Positions 1 through 11,683 of a stretch of 64,000 nucleotides of DNA are shown piece by piece (position 1 is the stretch's first letter; every line of letters begins with the position of its first letter). Under the pieces are notes generated by a model, which did no database searches, was not told the DNA's origin, and was given only the letters and a program-made list of their open reading frames with translations. The DNA comes from Microbotryum violaceum (Eukaryota), in NCBI GenBank assembly GCA_001244265.2, contig CDLV01000007.1, positions 310,001 to 374,000 on the forward strand, given 5' to 3'. The position numbers and the translations under genes are program-made.

Positions 1-44
1 CGGCGTCATCGGCCGCTCCTCCCCCCAGCGCCCGCGCGAAACAC

Positions 45-89
45 GTCGCACCAGCAGTCGCACCAGCAGTCGCACCAGCAGTCGCACCA
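45..89. repeat. Tandem 12-mer (GTCGCACCAGCA) x ~3.75 upstream of the helicase ATG
   Basis: Direct reading: units at 45-56, 57-68, 69-80 and a partial unit at 81-89. Confidence 0.9.
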
Positions 90-221
90 CCGTCGTTTTC
101 CACCCCAACAGCGCCTCGAGACCGTCGACTTTCACCCGAGGAAACGCGCATCTACTCGGAAAAGACACTGCAGAGGGTCGAACAACGCGAACAGGATCGC
201 GCGGCAGGCAAGACCAGCAGA

Positions 222-3200
222 ATGAATCGACGTGGTGGTGGAGCAGCAGCGGGCAGAACACCCGCATCTGCGACCGGTCCCAACGCCAGTGTGCTCGCCC
301 CATCAGGTAGTGCCCTCACCAACAATTCCGCCGCCAGGGGAAGGGGTAATGCCAAGCCGACCGGCAACACCCCCAAAGTCAAAGCCGATACGACACCGGG
401 GCCGATCTACGACCGCGCCTACATCGTCTCGCTCTGGCCAAGGCTCGGCGGGAAAGGCCAGCTCAGCGACAAGTACCTGAACAACCCCAAATCGATCGTG
501 TCCAACTACATCTCGTCCCTAGGCGCACTACCCAAGTATACCACCAAGAAGGTTGTCATCGAGGGCAAGCCTCTGTTCAGGTCAGTCGGCACAACGCCCC
601 GCGGCTGCGAAGCTCGCTCCCGGTCGGAAATGCTGACTCCTCATCGTGAAACTGCCCCTTGCCTATCCGCCGGCTTTTCAGAGCAACAATCGTCGCCGAT
701 GCAGATCCATTACCACCCCCACCCGTCTACGGTGCGCCTTCGCTCCCCCAATCCGTCGAGCCTCTCGTCGGCACAGGGGACGCGACGAACAGCAAAGAAG
801 CCGAGAAATTCGCCGCGTTGCACGCCTGCGTCCAACTCTCCGCCCGCGGCCTTTTCACCCCGTCGAACCAACCTCTTCCCGATCGTCTGGCCAATTCGAT
901 CAATTATGGTGCAGGAGCGATCATGAACGGTGAGAATGCCGTGGCAGAGTCGAGCACGGGTGGAGCGACGATCGCTGCTGCGACGATGGCACAGAATTTG
1001 GCCGCTTTGAAGGACGGCAATGCGATCGAGTTGGCCGGAGGACAAATCATCACTTTGGAACAGGCGAGGGAGTTTATGGACTTTTACTGTTCGTCTCCCA
1101 TCGTTCAAGTCCTCGAATCGCGATGGCCTAGCTGCTGACGTTTCTTTCTCTTTTGACAGGTCAAAAATTCGGATTTGGCAAACCCGACCTCCAGATCACG
1201 CGAGTCGTCGCCAAAGGATCCAACCACAAACGAGCCAAAAATGCCGTCCAAGAGGCGTGGCAAGCGACGCTACTCGTACAAGGGAGCAAGATCGGCGTCG
1301 CCGAAGCGCGCAACAAGAAGCAAGCTTCGAACCGCGCCTACCTCGACTTTGCGCGTCACCTCGATTCAAGCGATCCGACCTTGTGGCCTATGTGGCAGGA
1401 CAAGAAGAGGGCCAACGTCATTGCCAAGGGGCATGTGATGGCCCAGGTCGTGTTTGAGGCAGATCAGGACTCGGCCGAGGATTTGGAAGAGGTCGTTTAT
1501 GGAGCGAGGGAGAGCGGGCTCTACGAGAGGGCTAGGGCGATGATTGAACACCAGCAAGCCAAGAGGGCCGAATTGAGGAGGCAAAGGCGCAGGAATGTCG
1601 AAGGACGCCAAGGCGCAGAAACTCAGACATCCGAGGCGTTGACTGGGAGCTCTGAGCAAGATGTGCAGAGGCTCGCGCTCAAAGAGACAAGGCTCAAGGA
1701 GAAGAGCGAAGATCTCATGTCGCGCCTGAGGAACTACCAGACTGATGAAAGGGTCGAAAAGATGCGAGAGCAACGGGCGAGCTTACCCGTCGGGTCTCAT
1801 GCTTCGTCCGTACTCGCCAAGATAGCCACTTCGTCCGTCACTGTCGTCTTGGCCGCCACCGGTTCCGGAAAGACGACGCAGATACCCCAGCTGATCTTGG
1901 ACGACTGGATCTTGCGTGGCGATGGCGCCAAGTGCAACGTCGTGTGCACGCAACCTCGTCGAATTGCCGCGATCTCGGTCGCCGAACGTGTCGCCAAGGA
2001 ACGCGGCGAGGCTATTGGTGATTCGGTCGGTTACCAGGTCCGCTTCGAGTCCAAGCCTCCCAAACCGGATGGTTCGATCCTTTTCTGCACGACCGGACTT
2101 TTCCTCCGACGCATGCAGGCCGATCTGCACAACACAAGTGGCCATGGCTTCCTCGACGGTGTCACGCACGTCTGCGTTGACGAAGTCCATGAACGAGACG
2201 TCGATACCGATCTGTTGCTCTTTGTGCTCCGCATGTTGCTCCATCAACGTCGACAGGCCGGCAAGGACGAGATCCGCGTCGTCTTGATGTCGGCTACGAT
2301 CGACCCCAAGTTGTTTACGTCGTACTTTGCCGATGAGAGAACGGGACGACTGGCGCCGATCGTCGAGGTACCGGGACGAAGCTTCCCCGTGGAAGAACAT
2401 CGTCTCGATGCGGTTATCGAAGAACTGAGGTCGCTTCGACTGACCCCGCAAGAAGGAGGATGGGTCTTCAATGAAAAGTCGGTCGTGCAGTATCTCGCAC
2501 GAGAGCTCGTGCCTCGACTTGCGACAAACCCTCACACCGGTCGCCCCGTCGGCGAGATCGACGACCTCGACATGCCGTTCCCCTTGATCGCACTCATGAT
2601 CGCGAACGTGCTCGCCAAGTCCGAGGAAGGTCACGTGCTCGTCTTCTTGCCCGGTTGGGATGAGATCAAGAACGTGCAGACGATCCTCTCGGAAACGGGT
2701 CGTCACCCTCTGCTCGGCATCAACTTTAACAATACGAACAGGTACGAAGTGCACGTCTTGCACTCGTCGGTCCCCATCGCGGATCAGCAACTTGTGTTCG
2801 AGCCCGCTCCCAAGGGTGTAAGACGCGTCGTCATCTCGACCAACATCGCCGAAACTTCGGTCACGATCCCTGACGTCGTATACGTCATTGATTCGGCCAA
2901 GTGCAAGGAGAAGCGCTATGACCCCGAGCGTCGCATGTCGCAACTCGTTTCGGCCTGGACGGGAACCTCGAACCTCCGCCAACGTGCCGGTCGCGCGGGT
3001 CGTCATCGGCCCGGAGAGTACTACTCGATTGTCTCCGACGCACGCTACGCCGAACTCGATATCCATCAGACCGTCGAGATGCTTCGCACTGATTTGGCCG
3101 ACACGTGCATGCACATTACCGGTCTACAATTGCCCGACCTCTCCGTCGAACAAGTGCTCTCGCAGACAATCCAACCGCCCGAACAAGCGCGTATCCATGC

Positions 3201-4962
3201 CGCGATGGATAGTCTCCACATGGTCGGCGCGATCGATCGCGACGAAAAGTTGACGTCGTTGGGTAGGGTTTTGTTGCACATACCCGTCGAAGTAGCGATT
3301 GGAAAGATGTGCATCCTCGGATCCTTCTTCCGTTGCCTCGACCCCGTCTTGACCTTGGCCGCCATCCTAACGAATCGGGATCCGTTCATGTCCCCGATCG
3401 CGGTCAAAGACCAAGCCGATTTGCGCAAGAACACCTTCACACCCAAGGATTTCCGTTCGGATCCTTTAACCGTCTTGGCGGCTTACAACGAATGGGAGCA
3501 TATTATCTCTCGACAGGGGACGAACAGGGCGTATGACTTCACAAGGGAAAACTTCCTTTCGTTCCCTACGTTGTTGCTCATCCAAAAGATCAAACAACAT
3601 CTACTTCAAGCGCTGGACAAGGCCGGCGTTCTGGAACTGGGGACCGCCGGTCAAGCGGGAGGGATGAACAATCGCTTTAGGAGGAGGGGAAGGAATGTTA
3701 CGTTGCCTCCGAGCTTGAACGTCAATGCCGATTCGATGCCGTTGTTGTCGAGTTTAATCGCCGCCGCCGCGGCGCCGAATTTTGCTATCCGTACGAGTGA
3801 GAAAACTTTCAGGACTAGTCAGGACAAGGTGAGCTTTTCGCGATCAACGATTGTCGCTCAGGACTTTGGTGGCTAACCAATTGGCTTTTGGAATGACAAA
3901 ACAGGTCTGCGCGATCCACCCTTCGAGTGTTAACTCGCGCAAAAATGAAAAAGTCGCCGCTCAAGAACTTGACGTCGCCATCAACGAGATCGTCTCGTCC
4001 GATCAACTGTACGCTTTCGGCGAGAAATCCAAGACGGGTAGTTTGGCGAACCCTTCGGGTGGTGGGCAGATGTTCTTGCGCCAGACGACGATGTTGGACC
4101 CTTTGGGGTACATGCTGTTTGGTGCGCACAAGTTGGCGGTGACGGATCGTGGGTTGGAATGCGACGATTGGTTGCCCATCGTTGGGAACGTGGCCGTCTT
4201 GGACGACGTCGAACGCCTCAAGGACGTGTTGGACCTTTCCTTGTTAAGGGTGTTCGAAGGACTGGGGGTACAGATCAGTGGATCGGGTGGAAGAGGACCC
4301 GCAGCTCGACGTACCCTTAGTGCGGGAGGAGCGCGCGACGATGATCGCGACGACGATGAGGACAGCGAAGGCGAACCGGAGCAAGATCCTTACGACTCGC
4401 AGAAGCAGGAATTGAGCACCGCCGAAGTCGCTGATTTGGATAAGCTGACGCGTCATGTCGTCAAAGTACTCAACCGGTATGTCTCATCGAGCCGTGCGCT
4501 TTCCCCTCCTGGAACCACGGCTGACTGGGGGCCCTCCTTGTGGCCTCGAATAGATTCGCCGAGGCTCGTTTGGAACGCACGGCCGCTACAGCCCGTTCGA
4601 GGCCTGACAGCCCCATGAACACCCGACCTCCCAGTGGCTTAGGTCAGAACCAAGGTCGCCGAATGGGCGGTGGTGGTGGCGGTGGCAATGGCGGTGGCGA
4701 CTCGAGGTATTCGACCCCTCGGGACTCGCCCTATGTGACGCCGGGTCACTCTCGACCTGCCTCTTCGCACGGCTTCAACTCATCCGCTTTCAATGGCCGA
4801 GGCTACGCGGCGAAAAAATCATTGCATGATCAGGAACAAGGGCATGATGGATGGGGTAAATCTACGAGCGGCGGAGGAGGGAGCAATGGCGGGAACGGTG
4901 GGATTGGCCGCTCCGGCGCTAGCGGAAGCGGCGGTGCGGGTCATGATTGGAGACGTCGTTAA
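222..4962 (+). CDS. DExH/DEAH-box ATP-dependent RNA helicase (DHX30/DHX36/DHX57-like) with N-terminal dsRBD-like regions and a Gly-rich C-tail; about 5 exons
   Basis: Motifs ATGSGKTTQ, TQPRRIAA, DEVHER, MSAT, STNIAETSVTIPDV and QRAGRAGR, plus an HA2-like region. Introns 581-681, 1089-1159, 3829-3905 and ~4477-4553 restore one frame (e.g. FY-C-QKF across intron 2). Confidence 0.93.
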
Positions 4963-7042
4963 AGGCTCTTTGTGGAAGACGTGGTCCCTTTTGCTGTACT
5001 TGGATAATGTTTAATGCATCCCCTTGTCTTTCTGTACTACCCCGCTCTATTCATGCACTTACTACGTGAGTTGGACTAGGGTGTCTATATCGCATCGAGA
5101 GTAGGCGAGAGCGGGTCGCGGGTCGCTCGTGCATCGTGGCGTATGGTGAGATGGATCATGGGTATATGGTGTAGGCGACATGGCCAGGTCAGCTGCTGTA
5201 AAATGAGGACTCAACGGCACATGGAACGTTTTTTAATCTCGTCCGACGGCGGGAGTCGTCTGGGATCAGGTGACACGGAAAGGTAGGCACCGAACGCACT
5301 AGTTCGGCTTGTCCGAGTCGTGGTCGGAAAACGAAAATAAGCTACTACTAGTATCGTGTTGCTAGTCATTTTGGGAGCCGCTCGACGCAGAAAGGAGTTT
5401 TGGGTGGGTGAGGATCCACCGTTCACGGGTATGTCGTGTGCTAATTGATGCTCGTTTAGGTCGCTCATGCGTTTTTACATAGCCGCCCGCGTGACGTTAC
5501 CCGGACGCGTGCGTAGTAGGCTCTTTCGAAAGGGGCCGGAAGGTCCCAAGCCAATTGGCAGCACACAAGCTCGGCAGCCGGACGAGGCTAGGCCAGAAAG
5601 TAGAAGGTTTGACCGATGAAGGAATCAAGCAAGTAGGGGTTCAACAATGAACACGGCCACCCAGGGAAGTCTGGCCCTCAGGTACAGGATTTGTGGACAA
5701 TGAATTTAAGGGACAGGTGCCGCGGACTCCTTTAAAGTTAAAGCGAAGTTGGATTTCTAGTGCAAAGTCCGCAAAGCTGGCAGAAATATGTGCAAGGAGA
5801 TCAACCGAGGACTCCAGGTAGCCGCCTCGTCCGCAAATGACCTCAGGGAGGGAGCCAGAGGGTGGGGCAAGCTCTTGCGTCGGGCGCGCAGGCCTCATGC
5901 GAGTCGGACAGCGGCGAAATCGCAGTTCGACCGTTCAATCGGCGTCGAGCGGCGAGGCAAGCCCTGGGCCACGGGGCCGGGCCTGGAGGTCGAGGAGCGC
6001 GACGACGACGTCCGGCCGTTTGGCCGTCCCGCCTATGAGGAGCAGCGCAGTGAGCAAACGAAGATGCCGAGTAGAAGAGGATAGGGAACGTTAAGGGAAA
6101 AGAGAGGGAGAGCCGCGCTAGTCGCTGCCTCGGGTAATCTAAGTCAGAATCTAAAGAGGTCCGAGCGCGCCCGAGTTCCCATCCCCCAATCTCCGTATGC
6201 TGGAGTTGAGAGCGCCCCTGCAATGTAGTGTACACGATGACAGTTCTTTTGTCGCAGACGGCGCAGGGAGCCAAACAAAGACCCAGCAAAGGGGTCATGG
6301 CGCAGGACGGAAGGGGTCGTGGAATAAGCCGGCGTCCCGGTGATTGGCCGAGGCTGTTATTTAGACGACGCTGAGCCAGCGGTCCAGCAAAATGGAAAGC
6401 GAATTCGAGCTTTTTAAGCGAGAGGTGCAAAAAAAGATCCTTTCGAAATCAGGCTTGTGGATGTGCGGCAGGGCCGGCAATTGAGCGACCGGGTGCCATC
6501 TCAGGCTTGCGCCTTCGGATGACCACCGGTTGCAACGCAATTGCTGGCCTTGTTGCGCTCGCGAACTGGGCAGATTGTCTGTCCTCGGTAAAGGGCCGGC
6601 ATGAAAAAAGGGCCGGCGTCGAGAGCTGGCCTGAACGGTCCGTCGCTTAAACAGCGCTTCGCGCGCGTAGAGCGAGAAAGCTTGGAGCCTGGACGCCTTT
6701 CGATGCCCGGAGACGCGGCACGAGACCACGGCAATTGAAACTCGAGCAAGCCCAAGGCGCGCACAGATTGCAGGTGAATTTGCGACGGCCAGCTGCGGGA
6801 GGGTGATCCCCGCGTGAGGATTTCCGTCCCCGACTCCGCGCTGCCCGTCGAACTAAAATACCCCGGCGGGGGTCGGTCGGATCTTTTGAAAGCCGCTAGC
6901 CTCCGCAAATGTGCCCTGGGGAAGCCTTGAGTCGCGACGCCAAATGACCTTCCCCGCTCCCTCCCCATCTCTTGCTCCTTTCCGTCACTCCTCCTCCACC
7001 CACTACGGCCACACCCCACCGTCTCGGCTGGCTTTGCCCATC

Positions 7043-9210
7043 ATGTCCTTCTCCGACCAGACCAGTGACATCTCGTCCAAGACCGACCTCGAGAAGACAG
7101 CCACCGCCGATCACTACGCCCCGGGACTTCGCGTCCGACATGTCGAAAACGTCAAGGGCACCGACGCCCCCGTACAAGAGGTGCGATCGGCTGCACTGAC
7201 AGCTGCTCTGCAGGCTTCGGGCAAGACCGACTTCTCGTCGCGAGGTACGTGGTCGCGTTTTTTTCAGGCGCTGCGTGCAGTGTCCCCTCTTGGGCCGAAC
7301 GGGTCGGTCCCCTCTTGGGCCGAGCGGGTCGAACCACGTTCCGTGTCTGCCAGTCGCTCACACTTCCGGGATTTTATTGCCTTGTTCTTCATTGTCACTA
7401 TAGCCACCTGGACTCTCCTCGGTGGCATGTAGGTCACAGTTTGCCACTATCGGAGGGAAAGAACCGACTTCACCGGTGCTAACCTTTTTTTTCTGTTCTT
7501 TTTCCTCTTCGTTTTTCCCCTCCCCATTTTGCATTTTCTCCTGCCTGCCTGTTCCGCGACCCGCAGCTTCGTCTCGTTCTTGTGCAGGTGAGTTGTTTCT
7601 TCTTCCACCACCATGTCACAGTTTCGGGTTACTTGTACCCAGCCAGGCAGCATTTGCTGACGCTGCCGCTTGTACTGGTTCTTGAACGCCACAGTTGCGC
7701 GAATGGATATGACGGCAGTCTTATGGGTGCCATCAACAACATGAAGTCGTACCAAGCTCAGTTTAACTCCGGTGTCGTCGGATCTACTACCGGTCTCATC
7801 TTCGGTATCTACACCATCGGCAACATGGTCGGTGCCTTGTTCGCTGCGCCTATTGCCGATCGATGGGGTCGCCGTGTCGGCATGCAAGCCGGGTGCGCAG
7901 TCATCGTTTTGGGCACGCTCGTCGCCGTGACTTCGCACAAGAAGGAACAGTTCATCGCCGGTCGCTTCATCCTCGGTTTCGGTATCGCCATCGTCACCAC
8001 CTCTGCTCCGTCGTACTGCGTCGAAATCGCTCCCCCTGCATGGCGAGGTCGCGCCACCGGCTTCTTCAACTGCGGTTGGTTCGGTGGAAGTGTCCCCGCC
8101 GCCGGGATCACCCTCGGCACCTCTTACATGAGTTCCAACTGGGCATGGCGCATCCCTTTGATCGGCCAATGCGTTCCCGCCTGCGCCGTTATCCTCTCGG
8201 TGATGTTCCTACCCGAATCTCCTCGATGGTTGATCGCCAACGGTCGCGACGACGAAGCTCGAGCTTTCCTCGTCAAGTTCCACGGCAACGGCGACCCCAA
8301 CTCGGCCATCGTCGAACTCGAATGGGCCGAAATGGTTGAGGACATCAAGGTCGACGCCTCGGACAAGCGCTGGTGGGATTACTCTGAGTTGTTCAAGACC
8401 AAGGCCGCGAGGTGGAGGGTGTTCATGGTGCTCGTCATGGGTGTTTTCGGGCAGTTCTCCGGCAACGGTCTCGGCTACTTCAACTTCCAGATCTACTCCT
8501 ACGTCGGCTACTCTTCGCTCATGCAGTTCGTGCTCAATCTCGTTAACTCGATCACCTCCGCCATCGGTGCTGGTCTCGGTGTCTCGATCGCTGATCGCGT
8601 CGGTCGTCGCCCCATCCTCATCTGGGGTACCCTTGGCTGCGCCTTCTGGCTCGCCATGAACGGTATGGCCACCCACTTGGTCAGTCACTGCTCACTGCTT
8701 CTCGCTGCTCCATCTAATCTTGTTGACTGACCTCACTTTCGCCACCTCTTCGTTCTTTCGCAACAGTGGGCCCTAGAGGACCCGAACAATCACAACTTGA
8801 ACATTGGTCGCTTCGCCATCGCATCGTTCTTCATGTTCAACATCGTTATCTCGTTTGCCTATACCCCTCTCCAAGCTCTCTACCCCGTCGAGTGCCTGCA
8901 GACCAACACGCGCGCCAAAGGTATGGCCGCGTACGCCTTTACCGTCTCGTGCATCGGCTTCATCAACACTTACGCCACCCCGATCGCGCTGCAAAACATC
9001 TCGTACAACACGATCTGGATCTTCGTCGGATGGGACTGCATCGAGTCGCTCATCTGGTACTTTGTGTGCGTCGAGACCCAGGGCCGAACACTCGAAGAGC
9101 TGGAGGAGATCTTCGCTGCTCCCCACCCGGTGCGCGCTTCCAAGGCGAAGAAGACGGTCGTCATCGATTCCCAAGGAGTGGCCATCATCGACGACAGCAT
9201 CAAAGTCTAA
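7043..9210 (+). CDS. MFS sugar porter (lactose permease/cellodextrin transporter-like), spliced
   Basis: NGYDGSLM, ADRWGRR, GRFILGFG, EIAPPAWRG, PESPRWL, ADRVGRRP and VETQGRTLEEL sugar-porter motifs; ATG at 7043, TAA ending 9210. Confidence 0.92.
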
Positions 9211-9693
9211 AGGGGTTGTGCCTTCGTTTTCTTGATTCTGGCTTGATTCTAAAGGGGTTGCGTTTTGGTTTTACGCTTGTGTCTGTTCGTATCTTGCTCT
9301 CTCGCAGTCTCTCTCTCACCTCCTATGTCATGATCTGTTTTTCTTGGTACTGTTCGGTTAGTGATATGCCTAGCGTTGTTGACAAAGAAGAAATGCTTTC
9401 TAAATCACGTTCCATACTCAGAAGAGGTAGCGGACGAGGCCTTTCACCTTTGAAAAGAGTGGTAGTACGAGCGATGTAGAGGACTCCAGTGAAAGGCGGC
9501 ACTGGGAATGAGCCGGGGCTGGAGATCTGCGTTGGACGGGCGCGGTCTGCCTCGACTAATAAAAGGGGGCTCGACGCGCGATCACGTGCAGACGCGCCTC
9601 GACGTGGACGCGACTCGCGCTTCGGTTCGTGAATTTACCTTTCTTTGCCTCCTCTCCCATTCCCGTCCAGCCACGAACCCTACCAACAGCGAC

Positions 9694-11067
9694 ATGGAGT
9701 CTAATCCAGACCCTGCTCTTGCCTTGTGAGTTAGCGCTGACCAAGGCTCGTACACCCACCCACTCCTGGGCCCCCCGCCTGCTCGGTGACTCGGTCGACG
9801 CGCTGCCACCGATCTTCTTTCGAAAGGAGGAGGGGTAGGTGGGCATAACTGTTAACTACCCCCTCTGTTCTCACTCACAGTTGGCCGGACACTGCGCTCG
9901 ACTCGATCGACCTCTACGCGACGCTCAACCTCAACCGCACCGCGACCGAAGCCGAGATCAAATCCGCCTACCGTCGGGGTGCGCTCCTCTCGCATCCGGA
10001 CAAACTTCCGCCTACGGCAAGCGAGGTTGAAATTTTGGCTTCTCAATTACGTTTTCAACGAATCAGTTACGCGTACAATGTTTTGAAGGACGAGAAGAGG
10101 AGGAAGAGGTACGATGATACTGGGAGGACGGACGAGGGTCGGGGGATCGAGCGGAGTGAGGATGAATGGAGGGAGTACTTCAAGGAGTTGTGGACGGGGC
10201 AGATCAATGCAGAGACGATCGATCAGTTCAAAAAGGAGTATCAAGGTGGGTTACTTGGGAGGGGTCTTAGGTCTATGCGGCGTAGTGGGAAACGATGGCT
10301 TTCCCAGCAAGGTCGAAAAAGCTTGCCTCGCCTCGTTTCAAAATTACGATCAAAGACGTCTCACCGATTCGGAATTTGTTCTGTTCTTATCTTTGTGTGC
10401 AGGTTCCGAAGAAGAACTTTCCGACCTCTTGGAAGCTTACGACGTCCATTCCGGTGACCTCGAGTCCATTTCGAACCACATCATGTGTTCGACCATCGAA
10501 GACGAACCTCGTTTCATCTCCCTCATCAACAAAGCCATTCAAGACGGACGGTTGAGAACATGCAAGAAGTGGACTACGTCGAGTAAGAACCTTAAAGCCC
10601 GAACGACGAGGATCAACAAGGCGAACAAGGAAGCGAATGAGGCCGAGGCGTATGCTAAGGAGTTGGGCGTGCACGACCAGTTGTACAGTTCGGCGGGTGG
10701 GAAGGGGAAGAAGGAGCGTGGGACGAAAGGGAAGGAGACCGTCAAGGGGAAGGGGAATAGTCAGAGGGAGGAAGAGGTCGATGGTGATTTGGATGGGTTG
10801 AAAGCTTTGATCCAGGGGCGTCAAGCGAATCGAATGGAATCGTTGATGGAATCCCTCGAGGCCAAGTATGGCGCTGGTGCAGCGGGGAAAAAGAAGGGAG
10901 GGAAGAAACGCTCCAGCAAGGAGTTTGACGATGAAGATGAGGGTGAAAAGGGGACGAATAAAAAGGGGAAGAAGAAGGTGGTGGAGGAGGAGATGAGTGA
11001 GGAGGATTTCCTCAAGGCCAGAGCGGCGATCGATGCGAGGGCAGCCAAGGGGAGGAGTAAGAAGTAA
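9694..11067 (+). CDS. J-domain protein, DNAJC9-like
   Basis: LYATLNL...IKSAYRRGALLSHPDKL...FQRISYAYNVLKDEKRRKRYDDTG J-domain with HPD; then the YQGSEEE-like DNAJC9 segment and a Lys-rich C-terminus; introns near 9726-9880 and 10246-10402. Confidence 0.85.
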
Positions 11068-11683
11068 CGCAGGAACAGGGTTCTCCCCGAACAACCTCTT
11101 TTCCTCATGTGTAACGCAGTCAGTGTAATTGTTGTTACGGTTCAAACGGCTTCGCCTCGCAGCTTTCACTCTTGTCTTGACTCGGCTGAACGCTTCCCCG
11201 GGGCGGAGGCGAAAGGAAGTCGGTGACTTTCGGTGCTTGTTTAGAGGCAGGGATGGGATCAACATTTTTGGACAGACGTTATGAATGGGTCGGGCTAAGG
11301 AATCTACTTGCTTTCCGGGGGTCTCACCGATTCGGTAGCGGTAGCGATTGTCGGAAAAAGCGACCACCGAAGTAACCGACGGCTGCGGCGCTTGGGGCCA
11401 TATGTAATCTGACGGTCAGCGGTCACCACACCTTCGTTCTGTCGTTCATGTTTGACCTCTCATCCAAGTTTCATCCACCGGCTTCATTCACCAGCTTCAA
11501 GGTCGCTTTTCAAGCCAAATTCCCTTTTGCCATGGGACCCTCCTTTTTCTGGATCATTTCTGGCAAAAGTGTCGGGAAAAGTTCGCGCCACGGTCTTCCA
11601 CAAAGCTGATCGACCGAGAGCACGCATGAAAAAGTCATTTGCAACCACGAAAACTCGCAAGAGGTGGTTGACCATCCCCTTCC

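Noticed and set aside
1366..3446. Long antisense ORFs (e.g. 443 aa at 1783-3114) opposite the helicase; similar ones opposite GRS1, the sugar porter and the DnaJ gene
   Set aside because: Shadow ORFs produced by GC3-rich codon bias of real genes; no domain motifs.
5480..5570. Small hairpins including a GGAA-loop stem resembling SRP RNA helix 8
   Set aside because: The conserved SRP internal-loop residues and Alu domain are not evident; short stems are expected in GC-rich DNA.
5641..7019. Several 85-195 aa ORFs in the 2-kb region upstream of the sugar porter
   Set aside because: Mostly non-ATG starts, no coherent splice model and no recognisable domain; treated as intergenic/promoter DNA.
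11140..11410. Possible RNase P/MRP RNA or spliceosomal snRNA
   Set aside because: Only partial resemblance to CR-I/CR-V motifs and no U1/U2/U4/U5 signature; kept only as an unassigned structured region.
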